From positions 1 through 28,213 of the IMG/VR virus record IMGVR_UViG_3300032270_000211: a stretch of DNA of 28,213 nucleotides, one strand, 5' to 3'. Positions 17,286-24,653 of this stretch are shown piece after piece. Origin of the DNA: a virus. Its lineage: Duplodnaviria; Caudoviricetes. Position numbers and translations under genes: made by a program. The notes beneath the pieces are model-generated. The model was not told where the DNA came from and searched no databases. It saw nothing but the letters and a program-made list of their open reading frames with translations. Each line of letters begins with the position of its first letter. Positions within the stretch are counted from its first letter, which is position 1.

Positions 17286-17507
17286 ATGGACTCGCAAGTG
17301 CTATTTAACATCGCAGTCGCTATCGCCGGGTTCTTTGGCGGCTGGATTCTAAACAACATCCACCGATCCATTGACCGGCTGGACACGGACGTGCGTGCCA
17401 TGCCGCACGTTTATGTTACCCGTGAGGACTACCGTGACGACATGCGCGAAGTCAAAGAGATGCTGGGTAAGATTTTTGACCGCTTAGAGGCCAAGCAAGA
17501 CAAGTGA
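17286..17507 (+). CDS. small single-TM coiled-coil protein of lysis region
   Basis: Hydrophobic LFNIAVAIAGFFGGWIL followed by a charged helical tail; SD GAGGA. Confidence 0.75.
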   Translation: MDSQVLFNIAVAIAGFFGGWILNNIHRSIDRLDTDVRAMPHVYVTREDYRDDMREVKEMLGKIFDRLEAKQDK

Positions 17508-17508
17508 G

Positions 17509-18219
17509 GTGGATCCACTCACCTTACTAGCTGCCGCTAATGCGGCTGTCGCAGCCGTCAAGAAGGGATGCCAGCTATACAAGGACATCAAAGGCGCAGC
17601 GGGCGAAGTCAAGGATGTACTGGATGACTTAAAGGCGCAGTTTGGGAAGATACAAAACCCGACGAACGCGCAGAAGATTCAGTACAACGAAGAAGTGCAA
17701 CGGGTGCAGGAGATAGCCAAGGCTGACCCGAACGACGTATTTCTCCAGATCGGTAATGATCTAGGCGCTTTGATGGATGCGTATGACGACATCGGCAAGG
17801 CGTTCTTAGTGCAAGAAGCAGCAGCAACACAGGTCTACACCGGCAAAGATTCGATCGGCAAGCGCGCGCTAAACCGCGTCGTTATCAGAGCTAGGCTTGA
17901 CGCAATGCTAGTTGAATTGCGTGAGACGATGGTCTACAAAGCCCCGCCAGAGTTGGGCGACTTGTGGGGCAAGTACGAGAAGATGTGGCGGCAGATCGTA
18001 GTTGAGCAAGACGAGGCGCACAAGCGTGAGACGGCAAGATTACAGATAGAAGCAGCGCAAAGACGCAGGCTAGCCAGAAAAAGGAAAGAAGAAGCGGTAT
18101 GGGTTGGAGCAATCCTTTTCGTCGTGGCGTGGTACGCAGGAGTAATGGTAATGCTTCGTCTGAGCCAGACGTACCGTGGGCACTCCTTGTCGCCGTGGTG
18201 GTCTTGTGTTTTGTGCTAG
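17509..18219 (+). CDS. hypothetical membrane-anchored helical protein
   Basis: GTG start; MDPLTLLAAANAAVAAVKKG N-terminal helix, coiled coil, basic patch and C-terminal TM segment. Confidence 0.75.
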   Translation: MDPLTLLAAANAAVAAVKKGCQLYKDIKGAAGEVKDVLDDLKAQFGKIQNPTNAQKIQYNEEVQRVQEIAKADPNDVFLQIGNDLGALMDAYDDIGKAFLVQEAAATQVYTGKDSIGKRALNRVVIRARLDAMLVELRETMVYKAPPELGDLWGKYEKMWRQIVVEQDEAHKRETARLQIEAAQRRRLARKRKEEAVWVGAILFVVAWYAGVMVMLRLSQTYRGHSLSPWWSCVLC

Positions 18220-18350
18220 TGATTGCTTTGCCTGTTATGGGCGTCATGTACATGGACATGAACAACGCGCTGTACAAGGCTGCTGAAGAGACACGCAAAA
18301 TGAAAGAATTGCGGCTAAAAGTTTTAACAGAGATGAGGGGCGAACAATGA
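18099..18350 (+). CDS. small single-TM protein (start uncertain)
   Basis: TM WALLVAVVVLCFVLVIALPVMGVMY plus coiled coil; its stop overlaps the holin ATG (ATGA). Confidence 0.6.
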   Translation: MGWSNPFRRGVVRRSNGNASSEPDVPWALLVAVVVLCFVLVIALPVMGVMYMDMNNALYKAAEETRKMKELRLKVLTEMRGEQ

Positions 18351-18634
18351 ACGACGCGACTGATTGGATGACAACCAAGTGGCGCCCGATGATGGCGATC
18401 ACGTACATGATTATCTGCTTGTGCGACTTCGTGCTGTTTCCCGTCCTGTGGACAGCCGTGCAGTTTTGGGAAACGGAAGCGGCGAACGACGCCTTCCGCG
18501 CATGGACGTCCTTGACGTTGCAATCTGGCGGCTTCATTCACATCACCTTCATGGCCATTCTAGGCATCTCTGCTTGGACACGCGGTCAAGAAAAAATCGA
18601 GTCCATCAAAGCCGGGAAAGAAGACGATGCCTAG
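18347..18634 (+). CDS. holin (GTA 3TM-holin-like)
   Basis: W...WRP motif, hydrophobic segments, and ILGISAWTRGQEKI ending typical of this holin family. Confidence 0.75.
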   Translation: MNDATDWMTTKWRPMMAITYMIICLCDFVLFPVLWTAVQFWETEAANDAFRAWTSLTLQSGGFIHITFMAILGISAWTRGQEKIESIKAGKEDDA

Positions 18635-19127
18635 CCCGTGGGTCATCGTCGGCGCGCTAGTGCTCGTCATCGGCTCGTACTTCTACGGGCACCACACGGG
18701 CGTCCAAGTCACCAAGGCAGAATGGGAAGCTGAAAAGGCCGCAGCCGCTATTGAAGCCGGCAAAGTGTTGGCAGCGGAGCAGGCCAAGGTAACTGAGTAT
18801 GAGCATCTGCTGGCGAACACACAAAACAGAGTGGAGAAGGTCTATGTCGACAAGATTCGGGAGGTTCAAGTTGAGCGCAATAGTTTATCTGTTACCGCTC
18901 GTAATGACGGGTTGTTCATCGACGCCGCGTGTCCAGACCATAGTAACGCCGTGCCCAGTGCTGCCCCCAGTACCAGCAGCGATCATGGAGGAACGAAAGC
19001 CCGACTTTCAGGAGAGGCTGCGGAGGCTCTTATCGCCATCGCAGCAGACGCCGACGAAATCACCCACCAACTAACTGCCTGTCAGGAGATATTGAGAAAT
19101 GAAAGAGAACTTCGACGAAGCCCTTAA
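18627..19127 (+). CDS. Rz-like inner-membrane spanin
   Basis: N-terminal TM, periplasmic coiled coil, C-terminal ADADEITHQLTACQ; contains a nested lipoprotein ORF. Confidence 0.8.
   Translation: MPSPWVIVGALVLVIGSYFYGHHTGVQVTKAEWEAEKAAAAIEAGKVLAAEQAKVTEYEHLLANTQNRVEKVYVDKIREVQVERNSLSVTARNDGLFIDAACPDHSNAVPSAAPSTSSDHGGTKARLSGEAAEALIAIAADADEITHQLTACQEILRNERELRRSP
18844..19074 (+). CDS. Rz1-like outer-membrane lipoprotein spanin, fully embedded in +1 frame
   Basis: ATG 18844 with GGAG SD; signal peptide MSTRFGRFKLSAIVYLLPLVMTG-C with lipobox; Pro-rich mature part (TPCPVLPPVPAA). Confidence 0.8.
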   Translation: MSTRFGRFKLSAIVYLLPLVMTGCSSTPRVQTIVTPCPVLPPVPAAIMEERKPDFQERLRRLLSPSQQTPTKSPTN

Positions 19128-19611
19128 AGCAATCCTGAAGCACGAAGGCGGGTTTGTTAATCATCCCAAAGACCCAGGCGGCATGACGAACTTGGGCGTA
19201 ACCAAGAAAGTGTGGGAAGAATGGGTCGGCAAAGCTGTTGGCGAAAGCGAAATGCGGGCGTTGACCCCGGATACAGTGGCACCGATGTACCGCAAGAAGT
19301 ACTGGGATGCGGTCAAGGCCGACGAGCTGCCAACGGGGCTGGACTATCTGATGTTCGACTTTGCGATCAATGCAGGGCCAGGCAGAGCGATCAAGACCAT
19401 GCAGAAAGCGATCGGAACGACGCCTGATGGCGCCATCGGCCCCAAAACCATGCAGGCATTGAAAGACGCCGATCAGAAAGACTTGATCGCTAAGTTCAGC
19501 ATGGAGAAGGAGTTGTTCTACAAGGCGCTCCCGACGTTTGCAACCTTTGGCAAAGGCTGGATGCGTCGGGTAGCAGAAGCGCAATCACATGCGGTGACGA
19601 TGCTGGCGTAA
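19099..19611 (+). CDS. endolysin, glycoside hydrolase family 108 with peptidoglycan-binding C-terminus
   Basis: HEGGFVNHPKDPGGMTNLGVT catalytic motif; FDFAINAGP; DGAIGPKT; FGKGWMRR. Confidence 0.93.
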   Translation: MKENFDEALKAILKHEGGFVNHPKDPGGMTNLGVTKKVWEEWVGKAVGESEMRALTPDTVAPMYRKKYWDAVKADELPTGLDYLMFDFAINAGPGRAIKTMQKAIGTTPDGAIGPKTMQALKDADQKDLIAKFSMEKELFYKALPTFATFGKGWMRRVAEAQSHAVTMLA

Positions 19612-19773
19612 CTGCCGGCAGATTTCACGGTCACGCGTCGACATGTCCGGCGCGATCTCGGCCACACCGCACTCAGCAGGGGTAGGCCGCCGTGGCTCTG
19701 GCACAAAGAACGCCAGAAAGCCCACGGTGGCTACCACGATACCTGCGTAGTAGATGATGACAAGGTCTTTCAT
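19585..19773 (-). CDS. small membrane-anchored protein with Cys pair
   Basis: N-terminal TM then ECGVAEIAPD...EICRQLR; ATGA-coupled to the upstream minus-strand gene. Confidence 0.65.
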   Translation of the reverse strand: MKDLVIIYYAGIVVATVGFLAFFVPEPRRPTPAECGVAEIAPDMSTRDREICRQLRQHRHRM

Positions 19774-19952
19774 ACGCTCAAGAGCCGACCTAAAAACTTC
19801 ACCATCGGCGACTCATTGTAGGGTCGAGCGCCCAGCATAATGTCCTGCACGAACCGCTCTTCAGGCGTTGCAGGGCGCGCGTAGAACTGCGGAATGTAGT
19901 GCGCGCCGATCTTGGGTGGCTCTTCCTTGATAAAGTATCCATCACGTAGCAT
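19770..19952 (-). CDS. hypothetical protein (60 aa)
   Basis: Start moved to ATG 19952 (MLRDGYFIKEEPPKIG), preceded by SD AGGAGG. Confidence 0.65.
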   Translation of the reverse strand: MLRDGYFIKEEPPKIGAHYIPQFYARPATPEERFVQDIMLGARPYNESPMVKFLGRLLSV

Positions 19953-20187
19953 TGTCTTTCCTCCTATCTTCATTTGCGCGGCGAACGTCAACGCCTTTCT
20001 TTTTTATCAACGCTGCCTCGTCATTAGTATAAATCGATTTTCCCACCAAAACGTTGCCTGCTATCCATACCTCGGCTGAGTAGGCATTGTTCTTGCATGA
20101 GTTGCACTTGCGCTGTCGCCGGATGCCGCCTGGTTGTTGCGCAGTGTTTACAACGTGCGTCTTGCTGCCGCAGTGCTGACATTTCAT
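19942..20187 (-). CDS. NrdR-N-like zinc-ribbon protein
   Basis: MKCQHCGSKTHVVNT...IRRQRKCNSC...E matches the NrdR N-terminal CxxC...RRRxCxxC pattern; no ATP-cone. Confidence 0.7.
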   Translation of the reverse strand: MKCQHCGSKTHVVNTAQQPGGIRRQRKCNSCKNNAYSAEVWIAGNVLVGKSIYTNDEAALIKKKGVDVRRANEDRRKDNAT

Positions 20188-20378
20188 GGACGTATTGCCT
20201 TTGCCATAATTTCCAGCCGTTCACGGGCGTCACGCAAGGCGCAGTAGCGTTGGTGCAGGCGCTGCAGATGGGAGCTGCGGCGCTCGTTCAACGTCTCATG
20301 CGTCAGTAGCGCAAATACCTCGTCTTCTGACAATGACGGCAACTGGTCATTCAGTGCGCGCCAGCTTTGCTTTTTCAT
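20184..20378 (-). CDS. hypothetical protein
   Basis: 64-aa ORF overlapping both neighbours in the operon. Confidence 0.7.
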   Translation of the reverse strand: MKKQSWRALNDQLPSLSEDEVFALLTHETLNERRSSHLQRLHQRYCALRDARERLEIMAKAIRP

Positions 20379-20520
20379 CTTCGACCTTTTGTTCTATGGT
20401 TTCTAATTTATCCACCGCACGCATCCAAGCGTTGGCGATCTGGTTGTACTCCTTATTGCGCTGGCGCTCTTCCACCTGCGCGGCCTTTAGTTTGGCCTTC
20501 CAGTAGTCAATTCTTTTCAC
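20347..20520 (-). CDS. hypothetical coiled-coil protein
   Basis: Likely GTG start at 20520 (VKRIDYWKAKLKAA) with GGAGG upstream. Confidence 0.6.
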   Translation of the reverse strand: MKRIDYWKAKLKAAQVEERQRNKEYNQIANAWMRAVDKLETIEQKVEDEKAKLARTE

Positions 20521-20653
20521 GTTGTTCGGCCTCCAGCTCACGCAGATCGTTAGCGACATCGGACACGCCGTGCCAATCGCTGCGGGCGATCATGACATGC
20601 AGATAGTCGATCAGAATCTCACGCTGCGTTTCATACTTGGTAAAGTCCATCAT
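20507..20653 (-). CDS. 48-aa hypothetical protein (not in ORF track)
   Basis: SD AAGGAGG; MMDFTKYETQREILIDYLHVMIARSDWHGVSDVANDLRELEAEQREKN*; ATGA overlap with the upstream gene. Confidence 0.7.
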   Translation of the reverse strand: MMDFTKYETQREILIDYLHVMIARSDWHGVSDVANDLRELEAEQREKN

Positions 20654-20928
20654 TTTGCATCCTCCTTGGGTTTGGTAAATCGAGAGATGGGAATAATACG
20701 CTTGCTGCCGTCCAACATTTCAATGTGCGCAAAGCCCTGCGAGGCCGCCCAGCAGCCGTAGTACGCCCGGTTTAGCCCGTCGATGTCGAAGGCCATCTTC
20801 ATGCCGTGGCACCAACTAGGGCGGTCTTGGGTCAATACCGTCTGTACGCTAATGTCGTTCGTGTACGTCAGGTAATCGGGCTGGGCAGCCAGCGCGGGTG
20901 CTGCCAGTAGTAAAAGTAGGTATCTCAT
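20650..20928 (-). CDS. predicted exported (signal peptide) protein
   Basis: MRYLLLLLAAPALA-A signal peptide with AxA site; two Cys in the mature part; ATGA-coupled to the helicase. Confidence 0.7.
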   Translation of the reverse strand: MRYLLLLLAAPALAAQPDYLTYTNDISVQTVLTQDRPSWCHGMKMAFDIDGLNRAYYGCWAASQGFAHIEMLDGSKRIIPISRFTKPKEDAK

Positions 20929-22274
20929 TTCAGTGCCTCCATCGCTATGTCGGAAATTGCTCGTTTGTCGTGCAGGGCTGCCCAGATCTTTTCGTCAACT
21001 GTCTTCTCGGCGAGTAGAATATAGACCCAGACATCTCGCACTTGACCGGAACGATGGAGCCTGCCGACGGTTTGCTCATAGAGTTCCAACGACCACGGCA
21101 GCGACAAAAAGACCATATGAGCCCCTCCGTGTTGAAGGTTAAGGCCATGTCCTGCTGATTTTGGATGCACAGCGAGAAGCTCGATTTGTCCGGCGTTCCA
21201 TCGTTTGATGGCGTCGGTGTCGTCCAAGGTGGCAAGCTTCGGATAGCGGCGACAAAGTTCTGCCACCTCTTCTTGAAACTGGTAAACGATAAGCGTATTC
21301 GCATGCTGGTTCTCCTCCAATAGTTCATCAAGCCGGTCAAACTTGTGACTGCTAAACCACACCGCCGTCTTGCTTGATGTGAACTGACCCGGCACGTCGC
21401 TCGCCACGCGGGCGCTGTCGTACACAAAGCCGGACGCCATCTGTTGCAACTTTGATGTAACGGCTGCTGCGTTAGCCGCCAGAATCTCAGCCGTTGGAAA
21501 CTGCACCACGAAGTCACGCTTCATTTTCTCGTAGGGCTGTCGATCGTCTAGCTGACTGCGCAGCTCGACCACATGACAGGGCGGCAGCTTGTCTTTGTAT
21601 TCGCCAGGCTCCAACACAAACGTCGCTGGCTTAATCTTCTCCATGACCAACTGCAGGGCGCCTGGGCGTGGCAGCCACTCGCCAAAGTCGCGGTTCATGC
21701 AGACAAAGTATTGCTGCAAGAACGCGCCTTTGGCGCGGCCCAACAGTTTCTCATCCACAATCTTGCATTGGCCGAACACGTCCTCCAGACCATTACTGGT
21801 GAACGACCCGGTTAGACCCCAACGAATTTTGAACTGGTCGATTACCTTGTGCAGCGCCTTGAAACGTGTGCCGGAGGGGTTCTTGAGCTTAGTCAACTCG
21901 TCAAACACAATGGCGTCAAAGTCGGACAAGTCCTGTTCGGCTAACCACTGGATGTTGTCGTAGTTAGTAACCACTACGGCTACAAACGAGCGCAGTGCTG
22001 CCGCTCGATCTTTAGGCGCGCCTACGGCCACGCGGTGATCTAACTCTGGCGCCCACTTAGGCACCTCGATCGGCCACACGTCCGTACACACGCGCTTTGG
22101 CGCCAGAACGAGGAAGCGACTTGCGTAGCCGTCTTTGACCATCGCCTGCATGGCGGTCAGGGTAATGGCTGTTTTGCCTGCGCCCACGGGCGCTAAAATC
22201 ATCGCCCGGTCACGCTCGTATAGGAAGTCAGCGGCTTCATCCTGGTACGGCCTGAGTGTTAATCCACTCATCAA
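20925..22274 (-). CDS. SNF2-like superfamily 2 helicase
   Basis: LRPYQ Q-motif, Walker A APVGAGKT, FDEL, LTGS, AGHGLNLQ and QTVGRLHRSGQ. Confidence 0.93.
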   Translation of the reverse strand: MMSGLTLRPYQDEAADFLYERDRAMILAPVGAGKTAITLTAMQAMVKDGYASRFLVLAPKRVCTDVWPIEVPKWAPELDHRVAVGAPKDRAAALRSFVAVVVTNYDNIQWLAEQDLSDFDAIVFDELTKLKNPSGTRFKALHKVIDQFKIRWGLTGSFTSNGLEDVFGQCKIVDEKLLGRAKGAFLQQYFVCMNRDFGEWLPRPGALQLVMEKIKPATFVLEPGEYKDKLPPCHVVELRSQLDDRQPYEKMKRDFVVQFPTAEILAANAAAVTSKLQQMASGFVYDSARVASDVPGQFTSSKTAVWFSSHKFDRLDELLEENQHANTLIVYQFQEEVAELCRRYPKLATLDDTDAIKRWNAGQIELLAVHPKSAGHGLNLQHGGAHMVFLSLPWSLELYEQTVGRLHRSGQVRDVWVYILLAEKTVDEKIWAALHDKRAISDIAMEALK

Positions 22275-22521
22275 TCATCTCCTTTGACCATAAACACGCA
22301 TAGTTTTGTTTTAAGCGCAACACATCGTTGCGGAATATCTTTTGTAGTTCGGACAGCCGACCGCCTTTGGTTTTCAATTCGACAAACCATGTGCTGCCAT
22401 CAGGCATACAAGCCAAGCGATCACTAACCCCACGTTGTGTGGGAGACTTGAACTTGTACGTCTTACCGCCGGCACGCTCGACCGTCCAAACAAAGTAGTT
22501 CTCGATTTCTTTTTCTAGCAT
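22237..22521 (-). CDS. VRR-NUC domain nuclease
   Basis: EKEIE...GVSDR...FVELKTKGGRLSELQ, a PD-(D/E)xK VRR-NUC signature, next to the SNF2 helicase. Confidence 0.9.
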   Translation of the reverse strand: MLEKEIENYFVWTVERAGGKTYKFKSPTQRGVSDRLACMPDGSTWFVELKTKGGRLSELQKIFRNDVLRLKQNYACLWSKEMIDEWINTQAVPG

Positions 22522-22527
22522 GTCCGA

Positions 22528-22556
22528 AATATAAAGGCTAAAAAAGTATTTGACAA
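22528..22556 (-). promoter_or_regulatory. leftward sigma70 promoter (predicted leaderless transcript)
   Basis: Minus strand TTGTCA (22556-22551), 17 nt, TATATT (22533-22528); ATG begins at 22521. Confidence 0.6.
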
Positions 22557-22578
22557 GGATTATTTTAGGGACTACAGT
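22550..22578 (+). promoter_or_regulatory. rightward sigma70 promoter for replication operon
   Basis: TTGACA (22550-55), 17 nt, TACAGT (22573-78), with an A-rich UP-like tract upstream. Confidence 0.7.
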
Positions 22579-22611
22579 CGAGGCTCAATCACTACACGGG
22601 AGTACAGTCAA

Positions 22612-22791
22612 ATGAATGTAGAAGACATTTTTGATGCAGACGGCACAGCCCTGCAAGCAGCATTAGACCTAATCGAGGTCATCATCAAAACCGATCCCGG
22701 CGTTTACGACGAAACGGCTGCGCCGGTACTGCTGTTGTTGCGTCAACGCCTGTCTAGTTCATGGCGTAACGAGCCAGCGGGGGTGAAATAA
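22612..22791 (+). CDS. 59-aa hypothetical protein, first gene of rightward operon (not in ORF track)
   Basis: SD GGGAG; MNVEDIFDADGTALQAALDLIEVIIKTDPGVYDETAAPVLLLLRQRLSSSWRNEPAGVK*; TAATG overlap with the next gene. Confidence 0.7.
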   Translation: MNVEDIFDADGTALQAALDLIEVIIKTDPGVYDETAAPVLLLLRQRLSSSWRNEPAGVK

Positions 22792-23909
22792 TGAGCCATT
22801 CCAATATCGTCGGCGGTAGCACCGCTAAACGCGTCATCAACTGCCCAGCGTCGGTCAAGCTTGTGCAACAGATGCCACCACAGGTCGAATCCGAACACGC
22901 AGCACGCGGCACGCTCCTGCATAACGTCATTGCCGAACTCTTGGAGTTCGATAAAAGACCAGAGCAGTGCTTAGGCGCGCAGTACAAAGATCAGACACTG
23001 ACACAGGAGCTACTTGATGAAAAGATTATTCCCGCTCTCGCGCTACTCGACGAAGTCGACCCAGAAAAGCAAATGGAGTACATGGTTGAAACCCGAGTTA
23101 GCTATGGCGATTTTCTGCCTAGTGTGTTTGGTAGCACTGACCTACTTGGGCGTAAAGATAAACGCGCTATCGTTCTCGATTGGAAGTTTGGCGATGGCGT
23201 ACTTGTGGATGCTGAAAATAATCCTCAGCTCTTATTTTATGCAGCTGCGGCAATGAGAACACCCGCATGTCAGTGGGTGTTTGAAGGTGCTGAAGAGATT
23301 GAGTGCATCATTGTGCAACCGCCATCAATTCGCCGCTGGGTCACCACACCCGCACGCATCAAAGAGTTCGAACAGGAGCTGCTCTACGCTGTGCGTCTGT
23401 CATCATGGCCAGAGGCGCCGTTTGCAACCGGCGACCACTGCCGCTGGTGTACGGCAAAACCCATCTGCCCACGCATGACCGGCGCAGCTGATCGTGCGCT
23501 GAAGGTGCAGCTAACTAACCTGCCGGCAGAACAGATCGCAACGCAGCTGCGTCAGGCTGATATGTTGGAGGATTACATTAAAGAACTGCGCGCGCTTGCG
23601 TTTCAGATGCTTGAGAACGACCGCGCTGTGCCTGGCTACAAACTGGTCGCCAAGCGTGGCACACGCCAGTGGGTGGACGAGGCGAAGATTGAAGCATGGG
23701 CTGATGCGAATGGCGTAGAAGACGCATACGACACAAAAATTAAATCGCCCGCACAGCTTGAAAAAGTCTTGAAAAAGACTACACTAGATTTCCCGTCAGA
23801 TTTGGTTGTATCGATCTCGTCGGGGAGTACGTTGGCGCCGGAGTCAGACCCGAGGCCAGCGGTTCTGCAAATCGGGAAGCAGTTGACTGCAGCCCTCTCT
23901 AAACTTTAA
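22791..23909 (+). CDS. Cas4-like PD-(D/E)xK exonuclease (DUF2800 family)
   Basis: S.AKR.INCPAS, GTLLH, FGSTD, VLDWKFG, NPQLLFYA and CRWC...CP (four-Cys Fe-S pattern). Confidence 0.88.
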   Translation: MSHSNIVGGSTAKRVINCPASVKLVQQMPPQVESEHAARGTLLHNVIAELLEFDKRPEQCLGAQYKDQTLTQELLDEKIIPALALLDEVDPEKQMEYMVETRVSYGDFLPSVFGSTDLLGRKDKRAIVLDWKFGDGVLVDAENNPQLLFYAAAAMRTPACQWVFEGAEEIECIIVQPPSIRRWVTTPARIKEFEQELLYAVRLSSWPEAPFATGDHCRWCTAKPICPRMTGAADRALKVQLTNLPAEQIATQLRQADMLEDYIKELRALAFQMLENDRAVPGYKLVAKRGTRQWVDEAKIEAWADANGVEDAYDTKIKSPAQLEKVLKKTTLDFPSDLVVSISSGSTLAPESDPRPAVLQIGKQLTAALSKL

Positions 23910-23922
23910 TAGGAGTACAGTA

Positions 23923-24564
23923 ATGTCCAATATGGTCACGTTCAAAGGTGCAAACCTTCCAGCAGTATCTACCCTCTCCACCGCGCTGCGTTCGCTTGAA
24001 ACCGTCGCAGGGCCAGCAGGTTCTGTCATCATTAAGATGGACAAGACCGGCCACTGGGTGTTCGGTGCTGACCAGACTGACGTCGAAGAAGACTCGACTT
24101 GGGCGGTCAACCCGTTCTCGTTCATTCACGGCTTTATCGCTTGGGGTGACGGCGAGGTGTTGGGTGAGAAGATGGTGTCGGTGTCCGAGCCGCTGCCTGA
24201 GATGGAAGCAGCACCACCCAACGCCAAGCGTGGTTGGGAGTCGCAGATCGGTATGTCCTTGAAGTGCGTCTCTGGCGAAGACAAGGACATGGAGGCGCGC
24301 TACACCGTCACGTCCGTTGGTGGTAAGAAGGCCGTGCAAGCGTTGGCGGTTGCGATTGCCGAACAGGTTGAGAAGAACCAGGCCAAGCCGGTGCCTGTAG
24401 TGCGTCTGAAAAAGGATCACTACACGCACAAGTCGTATGGCCGCATCTACACGCCGGTCTTTGAGATCGTCGAGTTTGTGTCGATGGATGGTAAAGCAGA
24501 AGAAGCCGAGGCTGAAGAAGCACCAGCAGCCGAAGCCGCACCTGCCCGCCGCCGTCGCGGCTAA
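23923..24564 (+). CDS. probable single-stranded DNA-binding / annealing protein
   Basis: Lies between the DUF2800 nuclease and the polymerase; aromatic beta-rich core with acidic tail; strong SD AGGAG. Function inferred from synteny. Confidence 0.6.
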   Translation: MSNMVTFKGANLPAVSTLSTALRSLETVAGPAGSVIIKMDKTGHWVFGADQTDVEEDSTWAVNPFSFIHGFIAWGDGEVLGEKMVSVSEPLPEMEAAPPNAKRGWESQIGMSLKCVSGEDKDMEARYTVTSVGGKKAVQALAVAIAEQVEKNQAKPVPVVRLKKDHYTHKSYGRIYTPVFEIVEFVSMDGKAEEAEAEEAPAAEAAPARRRRG

Positions 24565-24571
24565 GTAGTAC

Positions 24572-24653
24572 GGGGGAAAGCGGATGCTGGCTTCGCATAT
24601 CGCGTGGCGTGATTGGGCAAAAGCCGGTTGCAAACAGACGCAGCGAGTACCCC
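24572..24653 (+). ncRNA. candidate structured RNA element 1
   Basis: GGGG/CCCC closing stem, GAA opposite AGTA internal loop, 8-bp GCTGGCTT/AAGCCGGT stem, inner ATCGCG/CGTGAT hairpin, followed by a T-tract. Confidence 0.5.

Noticed and set aside
17891-19584. Long minus-strand ORFs (216 aa and 174 aa) across the lysis cassette
   Set aside because: They lie opposite well-supported plus-strand genes and have no protein-like features.
22791-23909. Cas4-like gene as evidence of a CRISPR-Cas system
   Set aside because: No repeat-spacer array or other cas genes; DUF2800 nucleases are standard in this replication module.
23899-24633. 244-aa minus-strand ORF
   Set aside because: Antisense shadow of the SSB-like gene with no recognisable motifs or SD.
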